Source: Myxococcota bacterium
GTDB taxonomy: Bacteria > Myxococcota_A > UBA9042 > PHBI01 > JAWLBL01
Reading direction: 5' to 3'
Length of the DNA stretch: 64,000 nucleotides
Assembly: GCA_041687695.1 (NCBI GenBank)
Contig: JAWLBL010000020.1
Span: forward strand, 32,001-96,000
The translations under genes were made by a program, and so were the position numbers. The notes below the pieces were generated by a model. That model worked only from the letters and a program-made list of their open reading frames with translations, did not search any database and was not told the DNA's origin. Shown here one piece after another: positions 63,594 through 64,000 of the stretch; within the stretch, counting starts at the first letter, position 1, and each line of letters starts with the position of its first letter.

Positions 63594-63827
63594 ATGTCCA
63601 GCCGCGATAGTGACCTCCGTCCGCTCGAGGTCAGGGTTGAGGGCGACAACATCAACCGCGCCATCAACCAGCTCAAGCGCAAGATGGCCAACGAGGGCAT
63701 CTACAAGGAGCTCAAGAAGCGCCGCTTCTATGAGAAGCCCTCGGAGCGCCGCAAGCGCAAGGAGCGCGAGGCCGAGCGCCGGCTGCGCAAGGCGATGCGT
63801 CGCCAGGCGCAGGCCAAGGGCCGCTGA
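63594..63827 (+). CDS. rpsU: 30S ribosomal protein S21
   Basis: INRAINQLKRK...ELKKRRFYEKPSERRKRK. Confidence 0.95.
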   Translation: MSSRDSDLRPLEVRVEGDNINRAINQLKRKMANEGIYKELKKRRFYEKPSERRKRKEREAERRLRKAMRRQAQAKGR

Positions 63828-64000
63828 ACGAAGACCGCGGCCGGGTCCGACCAGGCGCCCGCGCGCTCGTCTCGCGGGCAGCCGCCGTCGCGTGCGTCAC
63901 GCGGGCCGAGCGCTCGTGCGCGTATTGCGCGGGCGCACCCTGAAGTCATCGACGCCCGGCTCGGCTGACGCGCTGGCCGCGCGGCGGATCACCCTGCGTG

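Overview
Very GC-rich bacterial chromosomal segment. It is most likely Myxococcota, inferred from a MYXO-CTERM-like tail, PEGA and PilZ proteins, a Ser/Thr kinase, Cys-rich surface repeats and several sigma54 promoters. It holds about 46 protein genes, both housekeeping (rluB, xerD, glnD, mutS, mutT-like, PNP/cdd, queD, pyrC-like, gluQ, rpsU) and envelope/surface genes, plus one tRNA(CAT). I found no prophage, transposase or CRISPR-Cas. The most notable signals are non-coding: (i) a candidate sigma54-driven multi-hairpin sRNA at ~29655-29790 on the minus strand with an upstream palindromic enhancer-like site; (ii) a 170-bp element with terminal inverted repeats and flanking direct repeats, built from four REP-like hairpins and inserted in a triplicated terminator region (~12.0-12.5 kb); (iii) a ~170-nt long-range fold-back upstream of the tRNA; (iv) two more sigma54 promoters, one with a phased GGGACAC array. 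Notable coding signals are a probable ceramide synthase/reductase pair, a PTPS-III + QueD tandem, an M1-peptidase-like/Omp85 fusion, several apparent pseudo-enzymes and a possible ATC start codon. All calls come from motif recognition by eye; no database searches were run, and some start codons are my choices.
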